Below are positions 40,180 through 52,585 of a DNA stretch of 64,000 bases, piece by piece. The stretch covers positions 43,090,001-43,154,000 of the forward strand of contig NW_025964001.1 of the NCBI RefSeq assembly GCF_023055435.1. The letters are read 5' to 3'. The notes below the pieces were generated by a model, which saw nothing but the letters and a program-made list of their open reading frames with translations, was not told the DNA's origin and ran no database searches. Position 1 is the first letter of the stretch. Every line of letters starts with the position of its first letter. Both the position numbers and the translations under genes were made by a program. This DNA comes from Haliotis rufescens. Lineage: Eukaryota.

Positions 40180-40975
40180 GGGTGCAGGCGAAAACGGCAC
40201 TTCAGCAAAACGTCACCGATTTCTCTGGCGAAAACGGCACCGCATTTGGCGAAAACGGCTACTATGTGACGGGCGAAAACGGCACCTCTATTTTTAATAA
40301 TGATAAGAACGATTTTTGTGGTAATATATATGGTTTATTTTCATGTCACAGTTATCACAGCATGTTGTTGTTTTCTGACATTCTTCTCTCATGCAACACA
40401 TCGAAAGGCCATTGTAAATAATTGTGATCTGACAGCACCATGTTAGGCCTCTTAAATACAGTTTCAGTTTAAATTGAGTAAAGGTACTCAGAGACTATAT
40501 GGTCTCTGAGGTACTTAACACTTCAAAGCATATAGTGTTTTCACATTAAGTTAACTGCGCCTCCCAATCAGTGGGCGAGTAAATTGGAGTAAGGGTCTAA
40601 TTTCTTACTTGTTTTATTTCACAATTTCACAGTTATTTGTGTTTGTAAAGACGACGTGAGTTTAATTTCTATTATTTTTCTTCAAAGCATGTCATGTTTT
40701 CACAATAAGTTGTGTTGTGTATAAGCTAAGTTGGATTATAGTTGGAGTAGAGGCTAATGTAAACTTGTTTTTAGCATCTCACAATTATATTGGTGTTTGC
40801 AAGTTACCATATAAGTTTAATAGCACTTTTTTGACCAAGGTAAAAAAAAAAAATAAGGTGCCGTTTTCGCCAGGCAATAGTAGCCGTTTTCGCTTGAGTC
40901 GAGGTGCCGTTTTCACCAATCAGTGCCGTTTTCGCCCGGTGACGTTTTGCTGAGGTGCCGTTTTCGCTATAACCC
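40180..40975. mobile_element. Mutator/foldback-like MITE, 9-bp TSD
   Basis: Ends GGGT..GCGAAAACGGCAC(T/C)TCAGCAAAACGTCACCG in inverted orientation, with iterated GCGAAAACGGC motifs; TSD TTTTATTGG. Confidence 0.85.
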
Positions 40976-41736
40976 TTTTATTGGTGGCGTTTTTACCTTA
41001 TCGATTAGGTAGTAGGCCTAGATATAAGACACATTTGGATTGAATTTGGCTTGATGACAGTTGAACAGTATTTAAGTTATATGTCTGCGTGTCAGACTGA
41101 TTTGGAAAGAAAGTGTTGCAAATCTAAGGCGTTTGCTACATCAGTGAAAACCTAAGAGCTCGGGATAGGTGCTAACAAACGCAAACATTATATAGTGACA
41201 TGTAGTGTTACCATTGAGTTCTTGGATTTTTTTGTCATTAAACAATATATCACGTGACTAACCAAGGGTCTGGGTAGACCTGGTGGTACCCGTGTCATAC
41301 CCAGTACCCACCCAATCCAAGTATACAAGTTACTTACCATCCCTACTACGATCATTGGTTTATGGCACACTTTAGGGATGCAACTCTGCAGAGTGAAGTT
41401 ACGACGCCTTGGTCACATGTGTCCTGAATCACTTATGACAGAGACTACCGTATTACCTCTATCAGATGCTCAGATGTGTATTAATTTGTGCAAGCCCTTG
41501 GCCCGACAACTAAGATAGTCTATTCTGTTTAATGCTGGCTCATGGCAACTCACCACCTTACCAAATCCTAAATTATGGAGTCATACAAGAGTACTTTAGC
41601 AGGAAACAGTCATTATTAATCACCAACATATCACGGTATGAAAGGATATATATTAGAGACCTAGCATCTAATTGAGGCCCAGCTTCTATTTTTGGGACAG
41701 AGCGTATGATCCAGGATCAATTAGAGGCATGTGTGT

Positions 41737-42120
41737 TAGGGCTGGGACGGGTAACCCGGGTACTTGGGTCGGGGGTATTGAGAAGGACCCGGGTACCCAC
41801 AGTACTACCCGGACCAGTGGTTGGTCATATGATATATTGTTTAGTGACAAAAACTATCTTGAATTATATGGTTACACTACAAGTCACTAATGTTCGCATT
41901 TCTTTCTGACTATGCACCCAGACTTTTATATGTCAACATATAGTGTATGACCAGATCAATTTATACGTGTATCTAAATACATTTTGGACGGGCTCAGTCA
42001 AACTATTCCCAATCGGCCATTTTGTACCTATCTCTTGAGACCAACAGTGGGTACCCAGGTAGGGTCTGGTAATAGGAGGATGGGTACCCGGGTAGTAAAT
42101 TTGGACTCGTCCCAGCCCTA
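41737..42120. mobile_element. hAT-type MITE
   Basis: TIR TAGGGCTGGGACG / CGTCCCAGCCCTA; 8-bp TSD ATGTGTGT / GTGTGTGT. A diverged inverted partial copy lies at ~41190-41347. Confidence 0.85.
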
Positions 42121-42464
42121 GTGTGTGTATTGGAGTTTGGGCATCTAATAGAGGAAATATGGTATATCTGGACTGAAGCAAAGTTTGTTCCATTTCAAAC
42201 ATAGGCCTATTCCATGAAAATTAAATCTGTGACAGAGCTGCAACATACCAAATTAGTGCCATCAAGATTAATTATTCAGTTTTTATTTTTGAATAGTATC
42301 TGATTAATCAATGCTAAAGGTAAATGAAGGTGTAAAAGTCAGTATATGTGACATCATTAACATGCAAAGTACAACACATGATGAAGGAATGTAATTTTTA
42401 TTGCTCATTAAGTGAGACTTTTCTTTTCTATAGGCGTTTGTGTTAGAGCCATATCATCACCAGA

Positions 42465-44224
42465 ATGGAACTTCTTCGGTCGTATGATGTCAGTTCAGGA
42501 GAGAGTGATAAAGAGGACGAAAATGCCAAAGAGACATCAAACTGTGAAGCAGTGATTAGGAAGGACAACGTAACAGAGGTTGAAAAAGAAACCAACTATT
42601 TTGGAATAGAACACAATAGCAATCACAGCGATTACAGTTCATGTAATAAGGGTATCAACCGCACCGATGGACACTTGGAGATTGGTGAATCAGGAGTTGA
42701 CATACCAGATAGTGATTTCTGGAGAGAACTTACTAGTGATGATCTCAAACAAATAAAGTCTGATACAAGCAGGACACTGTCAGAAATACCTGTACAGAAA
42801 TTAGGTTCTCCTGCAAAACGGAAGCATGATGGGTTGTGTAAAAACAGCTATCCAGTTAGACCACAACCTTCAAAAGCAACAAAGCAGGTTTATTCCTCAA
42901 AATCAAATGATACTGTAAGCTTGCAAAGAAAATTGTTTTATATTCATCCTAAAATCCAACCCAGAATGCATACGCTTTCCCACAATAACCCCCCTGAAAA
43001 ACTTGACCGGCACATTGCTGGTCATGGGGGTGTTGTAAATCGAGTGAAATGGAATATTCCATCATTTAGTCACCTTTTCCTGACAACAAGCATGGATTCC
43101 TGTGTGAAGATCTGGAATGCATTTTCTGCTGAAAGTGCCTGCATGAGGAATCTGATGCATCATGGGAAGGCAGTCAAGGATGCAGAATGGAGCCACGATG
43201 GTCGGAACATACTCAGTTGTAGCTATGATCGAAGTGCTGTTCTCACCGATGTTGAAACAGGTAGAGATAAAACTAATTGAGCAGCAGTGTCTGAAATGCC
43301 CACCTGCCCGCCTGCCCACCTGGTAACATTTCTGTGGGGCTGACTGAAATTTTCCTCCACCTGCCCGCCTGTCTAGCAGATAATTTTAAGACTACTGTAT
43401 CATATCCGTTTTATCATACCTTCTTGTAGATTTTCAAGTAACTGTTTGCATTATTTCAACTGAATCAAGATGCGACTTGTCTCTAATTTTTCATGATCTT
43501 TCAAAATTTATTATGTCTTGGGACAGATAAGTTTGAAGATGGGCAGGCAACATTTATGGGTCAACTGCCTGACTATCTTGTTGGGTTTTACAATTATTTC
43601 AAACACTGTCTGGCAGTTGCAGTTATCAGTTTGATTGGGGCATTTGTTGTAATTCTTGGGGTGGTCATTATCTTGAATAGTTAATTATTAAACAATGGAA
43701 CAATATACCATGTATGCATAGTTTTATTTGTTTTTTTTATGCCGCACTCAGCAATATTCCAGCTATATGACAGTTGTCTGTACATAATTGACAACATGAG
43801 CATCGATCCATGCAAAAAACCCAATCCCGTTAGTCGCGTCTTTTGACAAGCATATCCTTATACGGCAAGCACGGCTTGCTGAAGACCAATTCTACCCTGG
43901 ATTTTCACGGGTCTGTATGCATAGTAACCATCAACCCTCCCAAATTTGATTCCTTCACCATAAAACGCTTGTGGGTGTCACCAATGTGACAAAGAGCCAA
44001 GCCCTGGATCACCTGTCTTTTTTATTCCACATTACGGTGACACTCCCGTTATATCGCTGAAATACTGTTCAAAGCTGTGTTTTTACCCAACCCACTCACA
44101 CTTAGCTGAAAGTTTGCAGAAATTGTTAAAAGACTTGAATGCACCAATGTTTTATATTTGGTTTCAGTTCTGACCAGGTGTAATTGTGTATGGCAAATCC
44201 ATTGGTTAGGATCAGAGTCCTGGG

Positions 44225-44256
<32 letters not shown>

Positions 44257-47200
44257 ATAACAATAATATTACAATTATTAATAATAATATCTCAGTAATT
44301 AATTAAAATTATGACAATGGTTACACTGGTGTATATGTATTCAATTATCATGTGCTGAAAGACTTCAAACATTTTGGGATGCTGTTAATTTGAAAATTGT
44401 TTTTGTTGTCAGGAAAGCAAGTGTGTAAACTGGAGCATGCTGGGTATGTGACCTGCGGGAAGTTCAACCCTGTGAGGAGAAGTCAAGTGGTGACAGGCTC
44501 CACTAACAGTCTACAGCACTGGGACATTAGAACTCCTCACACTGCATGTAAGAACTTCCAGTACCATGATGACTTGGGGCAGGTATTTAGTCCATTTCAA
44601 CTTCTCAGAAATATTAGATTTAATTGATAAATAACTTTACCCAAATGGAAAATGTCTTGTAGGTATAAGGACACAGTCAGCAGATGTCTGTGTTAGTCAT
44701 GCTTATATATACTTGTGTTTCAGCCTTGGTAGATAGTAAATATATCGTCCCTTTTAGGACGTTATTATTTTCTTGATGACAAGTTAATGTGTTATATAAG
44801 ATAGCTAAGATCCCAAAGAACAGAAGAAATGTGGTTTATTTCATGATAAAACATTGTTCTATCATGACATCATTTCTCGAGATTCGAATATGTGCTCGCA
44901 ACTTGATGACGTCGTAAATTGGACGTCATTTTTGAGAGGGAAGTGTCTAGTGAGTTGTTCCCCATGGATGTAGCTGGGGTATGCAGATAAACGCCATGGC
45001 CGAACGATTGCTTCAAAAAAAATATGACAAGCGGTATTAGGAGAAAATATACAGCTAATCGATGTGAGGATTGTGAGAATATGCGGGAAATACCTGTTCA
45101 TAAAATGGTCTTGTCCGACATCGCCGAAGTCAGCTTCTATTCAGGAAGTCATTATGACTAAAATTAAGGTAACTATTTTTATGGCTTGTACATTTGTTTC
45201 CAACACCCTAAAAGAGGCTGTACATGATGGTGATATCTTATATAAGAAATAAACGACTCGTGATCATTCCACAGGAGATGTCACTTAGGGAGATCAAGCG
45301 AGAAAACACAGTGCTTTTCAGACCAGATTTCAGATTGTGACGTCATCGGTTACCATGATGTCACAGTCGGTACCCATGATGTCACAATCAAATTATATCA
45401 CTAATCTCTTGGCCACTGAAGTTGGTTACCTGGTACCCGTTCCACAAAGCGATCTTAGCGCTACGACTGTCGTAAGTCAGTGTTAAAGAATGGGAGTTAC
45501 GATCGACTTAGCGCTAAGATTGCTTTGTGGAACGGGGCCCTGGACTTTTTACACTCAAATCTGGTTATTACTGTTTACAAACTGAAATGTTGGAAGAATA
45601 ATTTTGGATAATCTCACCTGGTTACCTACTGCTCAAAAACAGTTTAAGAACACTCAGTTTTTTCCTTTGACTATTATAAACTTGTCATGTCATTACAGAT
45701 GTCTGTAGTCATATGAAAAAAATGTCATGAGAGATTAACTGGAAAGCTTATCGACTACCTTTAAGTGTTCTATTACATCATATCACTTTAATGTCTGTCA
45801 GCATGCATCATGTGTTTTTGTTTCTTGTAGTTTTGTGTTCCATCCCATGTCTGTTGATCTTTATCTCATAGTTCATGGTTTATGTCACAGACCGACAATT
45901 CATGGTTTATGTCACAGACTGACAGTTCCTGGTTTATGTCACAGACTGACAGTTCATGGTTTATGTCACAGACTGACAGTTCATGGTTTATGTCACAGAC
46001 TGACAGTTCATGGTTTATGTCACAGACTGACAGTTCCTGGTTTATGTCACAGACCGACAATTCATGGTTTATGTCACAGACTGACAGTTCCTGGTTTATG
46101 TCACAGACTGACAGTTCCTGGTTTGTGTCACTGACCGATAGTTCATGGTTTATGTCACAGACCGACAGTTCATGGTTTATGTCACAGACAGACAGTTCAT
46201 GGTTTACCTTCCAGGTCTTGTCACAGATTGACAGTCCACTGTTTGGCCATTGCCTGTTACGTCCGAATGTGTGTGACACTGTGTGCCTGCTTCTATTCAG
46301 ATGCAGGATGTGTTGTTCAGTAAAGATGGGAACCAGTTCTTCACCTGCAGCGATATGGTGACCCGGGACTCCGCCGACCGCAACATCATGGCCTGGGACT
46401 TCAGCTCGGGTGTCCCCCTCTCAAATCAAATATACCAGGTACGGGAGTTCGAGACAAAAATATTAGAAAGATCATATTGATAGAAATTAGATAACTAATC
46501 ATCATAATTTTTTGTACTCTATACTTTTGATTTAATTTCCAACAGAAAGTTTATACAAATATTCAAATTAAGGTAAATTTCCAAATCTCATTAAAATCAG
46601 ACCTTATTTCTCACTATCGCTAAACCAAGATCTGAGGACATCCCATTGGGTGTCATGACAGAATGACCTTTCATCCGACCAATCAGAGCGTCGCTTACCA
46701 GATCATGAAAGTGACAGTCAGAATGTGATTTCTAATCATGCAACCTTGTAAACTTTAACTTGGGGTATTTGGAACAATTGTTACAGGCTTAACAACTGAA
46801 TCCATACAATCTAGACCATCTATTAGCCATTCCAGAATGTTCTTTTGTTCAGGTTTCAAATCTTTAATCGAGAATTTGTCAAAATATGTTCCGAAGCGTA
46901 GTCGCCAATTTGAAATTAGTGCACAAGAAAGCTGCCTTCTGATTGGCTAATGTCGACTTCTTGTCAGTCAATCCATTGGTCGGTTAAAGTTTGCGTAAGG
47001 TCAGTCTGACGTGACCCGTAATGGGGTGTTCTCAGATCTATGTTTAGAGGTAGCGAGAACTAAGATCTGATTTTAATGAGATTGGGTAAATTTCAATCCA
47101 ACACATCATTTTGATTAGCTTTTAATTATTTGATGTTATTTTTTAAACTTCAGTGCATAAGAAAAAGATGATTTGATTCTTTGTGTTTTTTTCCTGTAGG

Positions 47201-48430
47201 AGCGGTATGCATGCGTTAGGCTGAAGTTACACCCAACAAGTAGCCACTTCCTAGCCCAGAGTCACGGGGGCTATGTGGCCCTGTTCTCCACAACTAGGCC
47301 CTACAAGATGGTCAGATCTAAGAGGTTTGAGGGACACACTGTAAGTCGTACACATTGAACCAGTATACTGTAATAGTAATGTTAATAGTGATTTAGGGAT
47401 GTTTGGGGGTATGTCTGATAGTGAATAATGCATCTGTTTTGTAATTTGGAATTATTCTTTGCATCTTCAGCATCTTTCAGAGCATGATGTTGGGGGTAAC
47501 TCTGAAGTTCTATTTCACAGATCTAGTCTTAAAGTTAATTGTACATGATGAAATTGAAGCAAATACAGGCTCATTCTCATTTCCTTAGTTCTATTTCATT
47601 GTTAGGGACTGGCCATTTATTGCAGGGTAAGGGGGGTGGGGGTGAGGGGGTGTTGTTGACTAATGTTCTGTTAATGATGACCCTCCCCTTATGCTTCTCA
47701 TATTTTTAGATTACCCTCCCCATGTCCATGTACATTTTTTTCATGACCCTCCCCAAATGCAAAATTACTTTATATTTTATTATAAAATGTCACTTTTATC
47801 ATGACCCTCTCCAATTTTGTGTATTACTTATTGTGTGACCCTCCCCTGATTCCCTTGGACACCCCACCACCACATATCGTCGAATCATAGGTTTTTGGAC
47901 ATCATACCTTTTCAGACAACTATGTTTATCGCGAGTACTTGCACTATAACAAAGAGTGTAGCATCCCAAGACATTGTGAATACTCAGATGATGGCTTGTT
48001 TTTAAGAGAAAGTTGTCATTTATCTGATCTGGGAGATGTTTTACAGTTGTTCATGTTATTTGAGGAAACTACAAACTCCAAAACCCATAACACGGAAATA
48101 TAATACTTGATTTTCTAAAATTAACTGAGAAGTCTTGCTGCACAAAATCACACTCAAATTATGTCTTTAACAGCTAAATACTGACTGATGAGTGTATATC
48201 TGTTTCAGTTGCTAGGATACAGCATAGGGTTTGATGTGAGTCGTGATGGCAGCCTTGTTGTAAGTGGGAGCTCTGATGGCAAGATTCACTTCTACGACTT
48301 CCAGACTGGCAAGTTGAAGAAGCAGCTGGCTAGTGGCCTTGATGTGTGTGTGGACGTGATGTGTCACCCTGTCCTAGCCAGCACTGTTGTGTGTTGTAGC
48401 TGGGATGGAGGCATCAGGATATTCCACTAG
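42465..48430 (+). CDS. WDR25: WD repeat-containing protein 25 (5 coding exons, ~488 aa)
   Basis: Exons 42465-43260, 44413-44582, 46301-46438, 47200-47340 and 48209-48430 are in phase. WD40 repeats carry WDR25-like strings (SMDSCVKIWNA, TDVETG, TRDSADRNIMAWDF..SNQIYQERY, RFEGH, CHPVLASTVVCCSWDG..IFH). An acceptor at 42433 implies an upstream non-coding exon. Confidence 0.93.
43285..43608. mobile_element. hAT-like MITE
   Basis: TIR CAGTGTCTGAAAT / ATTTCAAACACTG; the TSD is degenerate. Confidence 0.6.
43723..43913 (-). mobile_element. Family A retroposon, internally deleted
   Basis: 12-bp TSD TGTATGCATAGT; the 5' end is again GACCCGTG. Confidence 0.85.
45433..45539. mobile_element. PIF/Harbinger-like MITE (107 bp)
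   Basis: ~30-bp TIR CCCGTTCCACAAAGC(G/A)ATCTTAGCGCTA; 3-bp CTG TSD. Confidence 0.8.
45868..46206. repeat. 27-bp minisatellite (~12 copies) in a WDR25 intron
   Basis: Unit GACAGTTC(A/C)TGGTTTATGTCACAGAC(T/C). Confidence 0.9.
46581..47086. mobile_element. MITE with ~65-bp TIRs
   Basis: AATCTCATTAAAATCAGA...AGATCTGAG is inverted at both ends, with flanking duplication (GG)TAAATTT. A related fragment lies at ~13300-13390. Confidence 0.8.
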
Positions 48431-48720
48431 ACGTGTGTGTGTGTGGATGTGATGTGTCACTCTGTCCTAGCCAGCACTGTTGTGTGTTGTAGCTGGGATG
48501 GAGGCATCAGGATATTCCACTAGACGTGTATGTGTGTGGACGTGATGTGTCACCCTGTCCTAGCCAGCACTGTTGTGTGTTGTAGCTGGGATGGAGGCAT
48601 CAGGATATTCCACTAGATGTGTGTGTGTGTGTGTGGACGCGATGTGTCACCCTGTCCTAGCCAGCACTGTTGTGTGTTGTAGCTGGGATGGAGGCATCAG
48701 GATATTCCACTAGATGTGTG
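48341..48720 (+). repeat. Four ~92-98-bp tandem copies of the WDR25 C-terminal codons plus stop
   Basis: GTGGACGTGATGTGTCACCCTGTCC...ATATTCCACTAG repeats, joined by (GT)n. Confidence 0.95.
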
Positions 48721-48838
48721 GGAGGATTTATACATTGTTCTGTTTAATTCCACTGTATTCACAATGGAGGATGCAGGCAACTCTCAGGGACAAGGGAACA
48801 GAGCATCGCTGTAGCAAACAGTGGACTGGAATACATTG

Positions 48839-48976
48839 AGAATCTCACCCTTGTGACTTCCAGGATCAAATATTTCAAGACTTGTCAAAAGTTTCAAATA
48901 TCCAAGGCTTGATGAGGATATTTTTGTCTCTGAGTCTTGATATATTTGAGCTTGGAACACACAAGGGTGAGATTCT
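48839..48976. repeat. Inverted repeat, probably the core of a non-autonomous element
   Basis: AGAATCTCACCCTTGTG...CACAAGGGTGAGATTCT, with further imperfect pairing inward. Confidence 0.6.
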
Positions 48977-49162
48977 ATTTATCATCCAAACTCATTCAAC
49001 AAGTGTAAATAGTTCAGCTAAAGCTTCCGTGCAGAGAGCTTGGTGATGTCATTTGATTGTGATGTCATGGTAACTGATGGTGTCACAATGGTCTGCAAAG
49101 CTGTACAATTCCATTGATTTCACCCAAGCGATACCCCTGTGGTAGCCAATTTTGGAGGATAA

Positions 49163-49317
49163 GGGTTGGTTAAGTCGATTGGTTAAAGCGTTTGCTCGTC
49201 ACGCCAAAGACCCGGGTTCAGTTCCCGACATGGGTACAATGTGTGAAGCCCATTTCTGGTGTCCCTCGCTGTGATATTGCTGGATTATTGCAAAAAGCAG
49301 CGTAAAACAATACTCAC
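49163..49317 (+). mobile_element. tRNA(Asp)-derived SINE, second copy
   Basis: Same family as the 8853 copy; 12-bp TSD TTTGGAGGATAA. Confidence 0.8.
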
Positions 49318-49599
49318 TTTGGAGGATAAAATGATTGCACCACATTCTTCAGGACCAATCAATACGCAAGTCGATATGACTTATTCTGTGCCTTTATAGC
49401 AATTGTCTCCTTGAAAACTAGGGTTCGATTCCCTGCAAAGGATTTTAACTTGTCGTTGTTGACGACAATACACCTGAAAGTGAGAGCTCTGCAATGCATT
49501 ATGATTCTGCAAATGGAGAATGTACTAAACACAATGGAGGAAATTCCACAAATGCAGAGAAAGTATTCCGTCCTTTCAAGTGGGATATAGAAGATTGTC

Positions 49600-51016
49600 C
49601 AAAATGAAATCAGTTATTTCATATGTGAACTGACATGTTTGTGGGAACTATAATCTTTTGCTGCTGATCACAACTCAAATTGTTCTTCATCCATTTATCC
49701 CATCAGTGCCTCCCACACTGGACACGTTGCCACTATCATCATGCAATGTCAACAGAACCATTCTTTCATTTGGAATTCATCAACAAATATGAAGAACAAT
49801 TTTAAGATAAAGTATCACAGTGTCAGTGCATACATCTCATCAGGTATGCCACCAAACAAGTACACTAGATTTTGTCAATTTTTTGACATTGGTGAACCAA
49901 CACGTCACTTCAAGGATCAAAGTATCAAGACTCTTTCATCCGTTATCTCTGTTCTTCTGCATGAGAATATAAGCATAGCTCGATTTGATGAACTTGCAGC
50001 ATCAAGGGACAGCGCATTAGATGGGATGGAAATTATGACAGATGCTAGACATGGCTGTCGGAAAAACTCGTTTCATTCTGATCATATTGCACTTGGACAT
50101 TTGACTCATAAAGTTATTGATCATCAACTGATAACTAAATCAGATGAGCGTTTTTCCCAAAAACATGAACTTGTGGGATGTGAAAACATGTACCAGTCAT
50201 TTGAAGAACACAACATTCCTGTTGTCAGTCATGTACATGACCGAAATGCATCCATAAATAAATTAATATCTTCGAACACATCAGCCCCATGTGCAAAACT
50301 GCAATGACAAGTGGCACTGTGCGAAATCTGTCTCAAAATGCTTTCGCAAAATATCGAATGGTCGCGTTTGTGACAAATTGAAAACATGGCACCCAGAACT
50401 TGTAGACAAAGGATCAATGGTTAAAAACCATTTTTATTGGTCAATGGACAACTGCCAAAGAGATCCACAATGTCTCCAACAACTTCTTTTATCATGTGTA
50501 ATGCACTTCCAGAACAACCATCATACAAGCCACGAGGATTCTGAATGTAGAACAGAAGACTATGTTCCAGAATGGAGAATTAAAACGGACCCAGTTGCAG
50601 TAGAACTATTGACAAAATTCATCAAAGCACAACAGATTTTGGACTATATTTTGGGTTACAGCACGTTTTATGTAGAGTCTTTTAACAATGCATGTTTAGC
50701 ATATCTGGACAAGAGAATACATTATAAAACACTAATGTACAAAACAAGAATGAGCCTGGCTATTTTAGACTGGAATGAACATGTGGACAGACCTTTCTCG
50801 TCTAGATACCAGCGACTCAGAGTACAACATCCAAACAGAAGCACTGGGAAAAAATGTTACACGCAGAAAAGTTTTAAATTTGTGGACAAAATTTGGATAC
50901 TACTACAGACGGTTAATTCTGAAGATGATATGCCAGCAGAGAATAACCTGAGTTACAGTGATATTGATGATGAGAGAGAAAGCGCTTCAGATGAAGAGAT
51001 TGACTATAATCAGTGA
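49600..51016 (+). pseudogene. Frameshifted DDE transposase, Kolobok-like
   Basis: ORFs 49741-50307 and 50291-51016 join by a frameshift. Motifs TDARH, HDRN, NDKWHCAK and VESFNNACLAYLDKR..RMSLAILDWNEHVDR, plus an acidic tail. Termini not identified. Confidence 0.55.
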
Positions 51017-52349
51017 GGACTTACATGGACCTGTGACAAACTGATCACCTAATTCTATCTTGATCCTATGTAAATATCAGTATGAAGTATGTGAATATAC
51101 ACAAGTCATATAAATATTTGTGTTTTTTTTATGAGTAAAAAACATCGCTAATATTACAGGCAGGATATTAGATTATTTAATTTATGGCCAGTTGATATAA
51201 ATTGGAAATTTGTACATATTTTAAGCTCTCTTTTAGATGATGTGATGTGCTTCTCATTTAATAACATTTTGATATTCTTAATGTTTTGGATACTTTTTCC
51301 ATACCTAAGAGTTGATTTTTTATCTCGAATTTTCGAGTTATGGAAGATGTCTTATGTTTATGTATATGTATCATAACAGAAGTGGTATAAGTAGGAATTT
51401 AGTGTATAAGTAGTTGTATATTTGCAATGACAAATGTATATTGTCGGAATCCTAGATGCTATTTTGAGACATTGTTCATTATAATGCCGACATACCAATA
51501 TTTATTTACCGGTACTATTGTATACTTATTTCCAGTATAAAGCTGGGATAATAAACAATTTTAATTTATTGTAGAAGTAGTACTTTACTTAGACATAATG
51601 ACATGTTTAAATATATATAATGTATATATATACAATGTATAAAGTGTATAAATTGTATGTAATGTATAAAGTATATAAAGTGTATATAGTGTATATAGTT
51701 TATAAAGTGTATAAATTGTACAAAGCGTATATAGTTTATAAAGTGTATAAATTGTACAAAGTGTCTAGTGAGTTTTTCCTTTTTTCTATACCAAAGTGGC
51801 AAGCGGACTAAAGAAATAGACTTGCACAAGTCTCTAAGGCAACAATCAATCATTAAAATACTAATTTCAAGATTATATAAATAAAAGACCTCCTCAAAAT
51901 GACCACTTATCTAGATTTGCCTATTATAAGGATAGAACACCCATTGACTTATCCTTCAATACAAGGAGAAAGGCTAACTGCAGACAGTGGGGAGAGGCTT
52001 GAGATTGGGAGACGGGGCAGCAGAAGCAAGCTCCCACTGTGTATAAACAAACAGGTCATTCCAGCCATCATAGTCCCCTCGCCCTTATCAGTAGATTCCA
52101 AATCTCATGTCTGCCTGTCACTTACATTTTGATAAACTATTAGCAACAACTTGAAGCAAATTCCACCCTTCTCGGTCTTTAAAGGGTCATATAACAGGGA
52201 CCTGGTTGAAAGGTGTCATCCTGTTCCAGTGTCGTGGATCGGTACTTACCCTTTCAGTCACTGGTCGCCTGATCTAGATTTGATAATTATCCAACAAATC
52301 TGGCGTTGTATGGATTAGTCTGAGTGTCCCATTAAACTCTCTTTAATAA

Positions 52350-52585
52350 CCCTGAAGATCCAGGCCAGAATGGTCATCTGCAACCCATGGCTGTTAGGCG
52401 ATCGGGTTGTCAGGTTCGATGCCGTGGTTGATGCATGTCATTGTATCCCAATGGAGTAGATTGATGCTCATGATGCCAATCACCAGAGTGTCTGGTCCAG
52501 ACTCGGTTATTATCAGATTGCCGTCATATAACTGGACTAACGCTGTCATATAGCTGGACTAACGCTGTCATATAGCTGGACTAAC
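52350..52585 (+). mobile_element. Diverged family A copy ending in three 22-bp repeats
   Basis: Similar to the consensus; GTCATATAGCTGGACTAACGCT is repeated at the 3' end. Confidence 0.7.

Noticed and set aside
45835-46361. Repetitive ORFs in three frames
   Set aside because: By-products of the intronic 27-bp minisatellite.
51600-51770. Tyr/Lys/Val-rich ORFs
   Set aside because: AT-rich degenerate 9-bp simple repeat.
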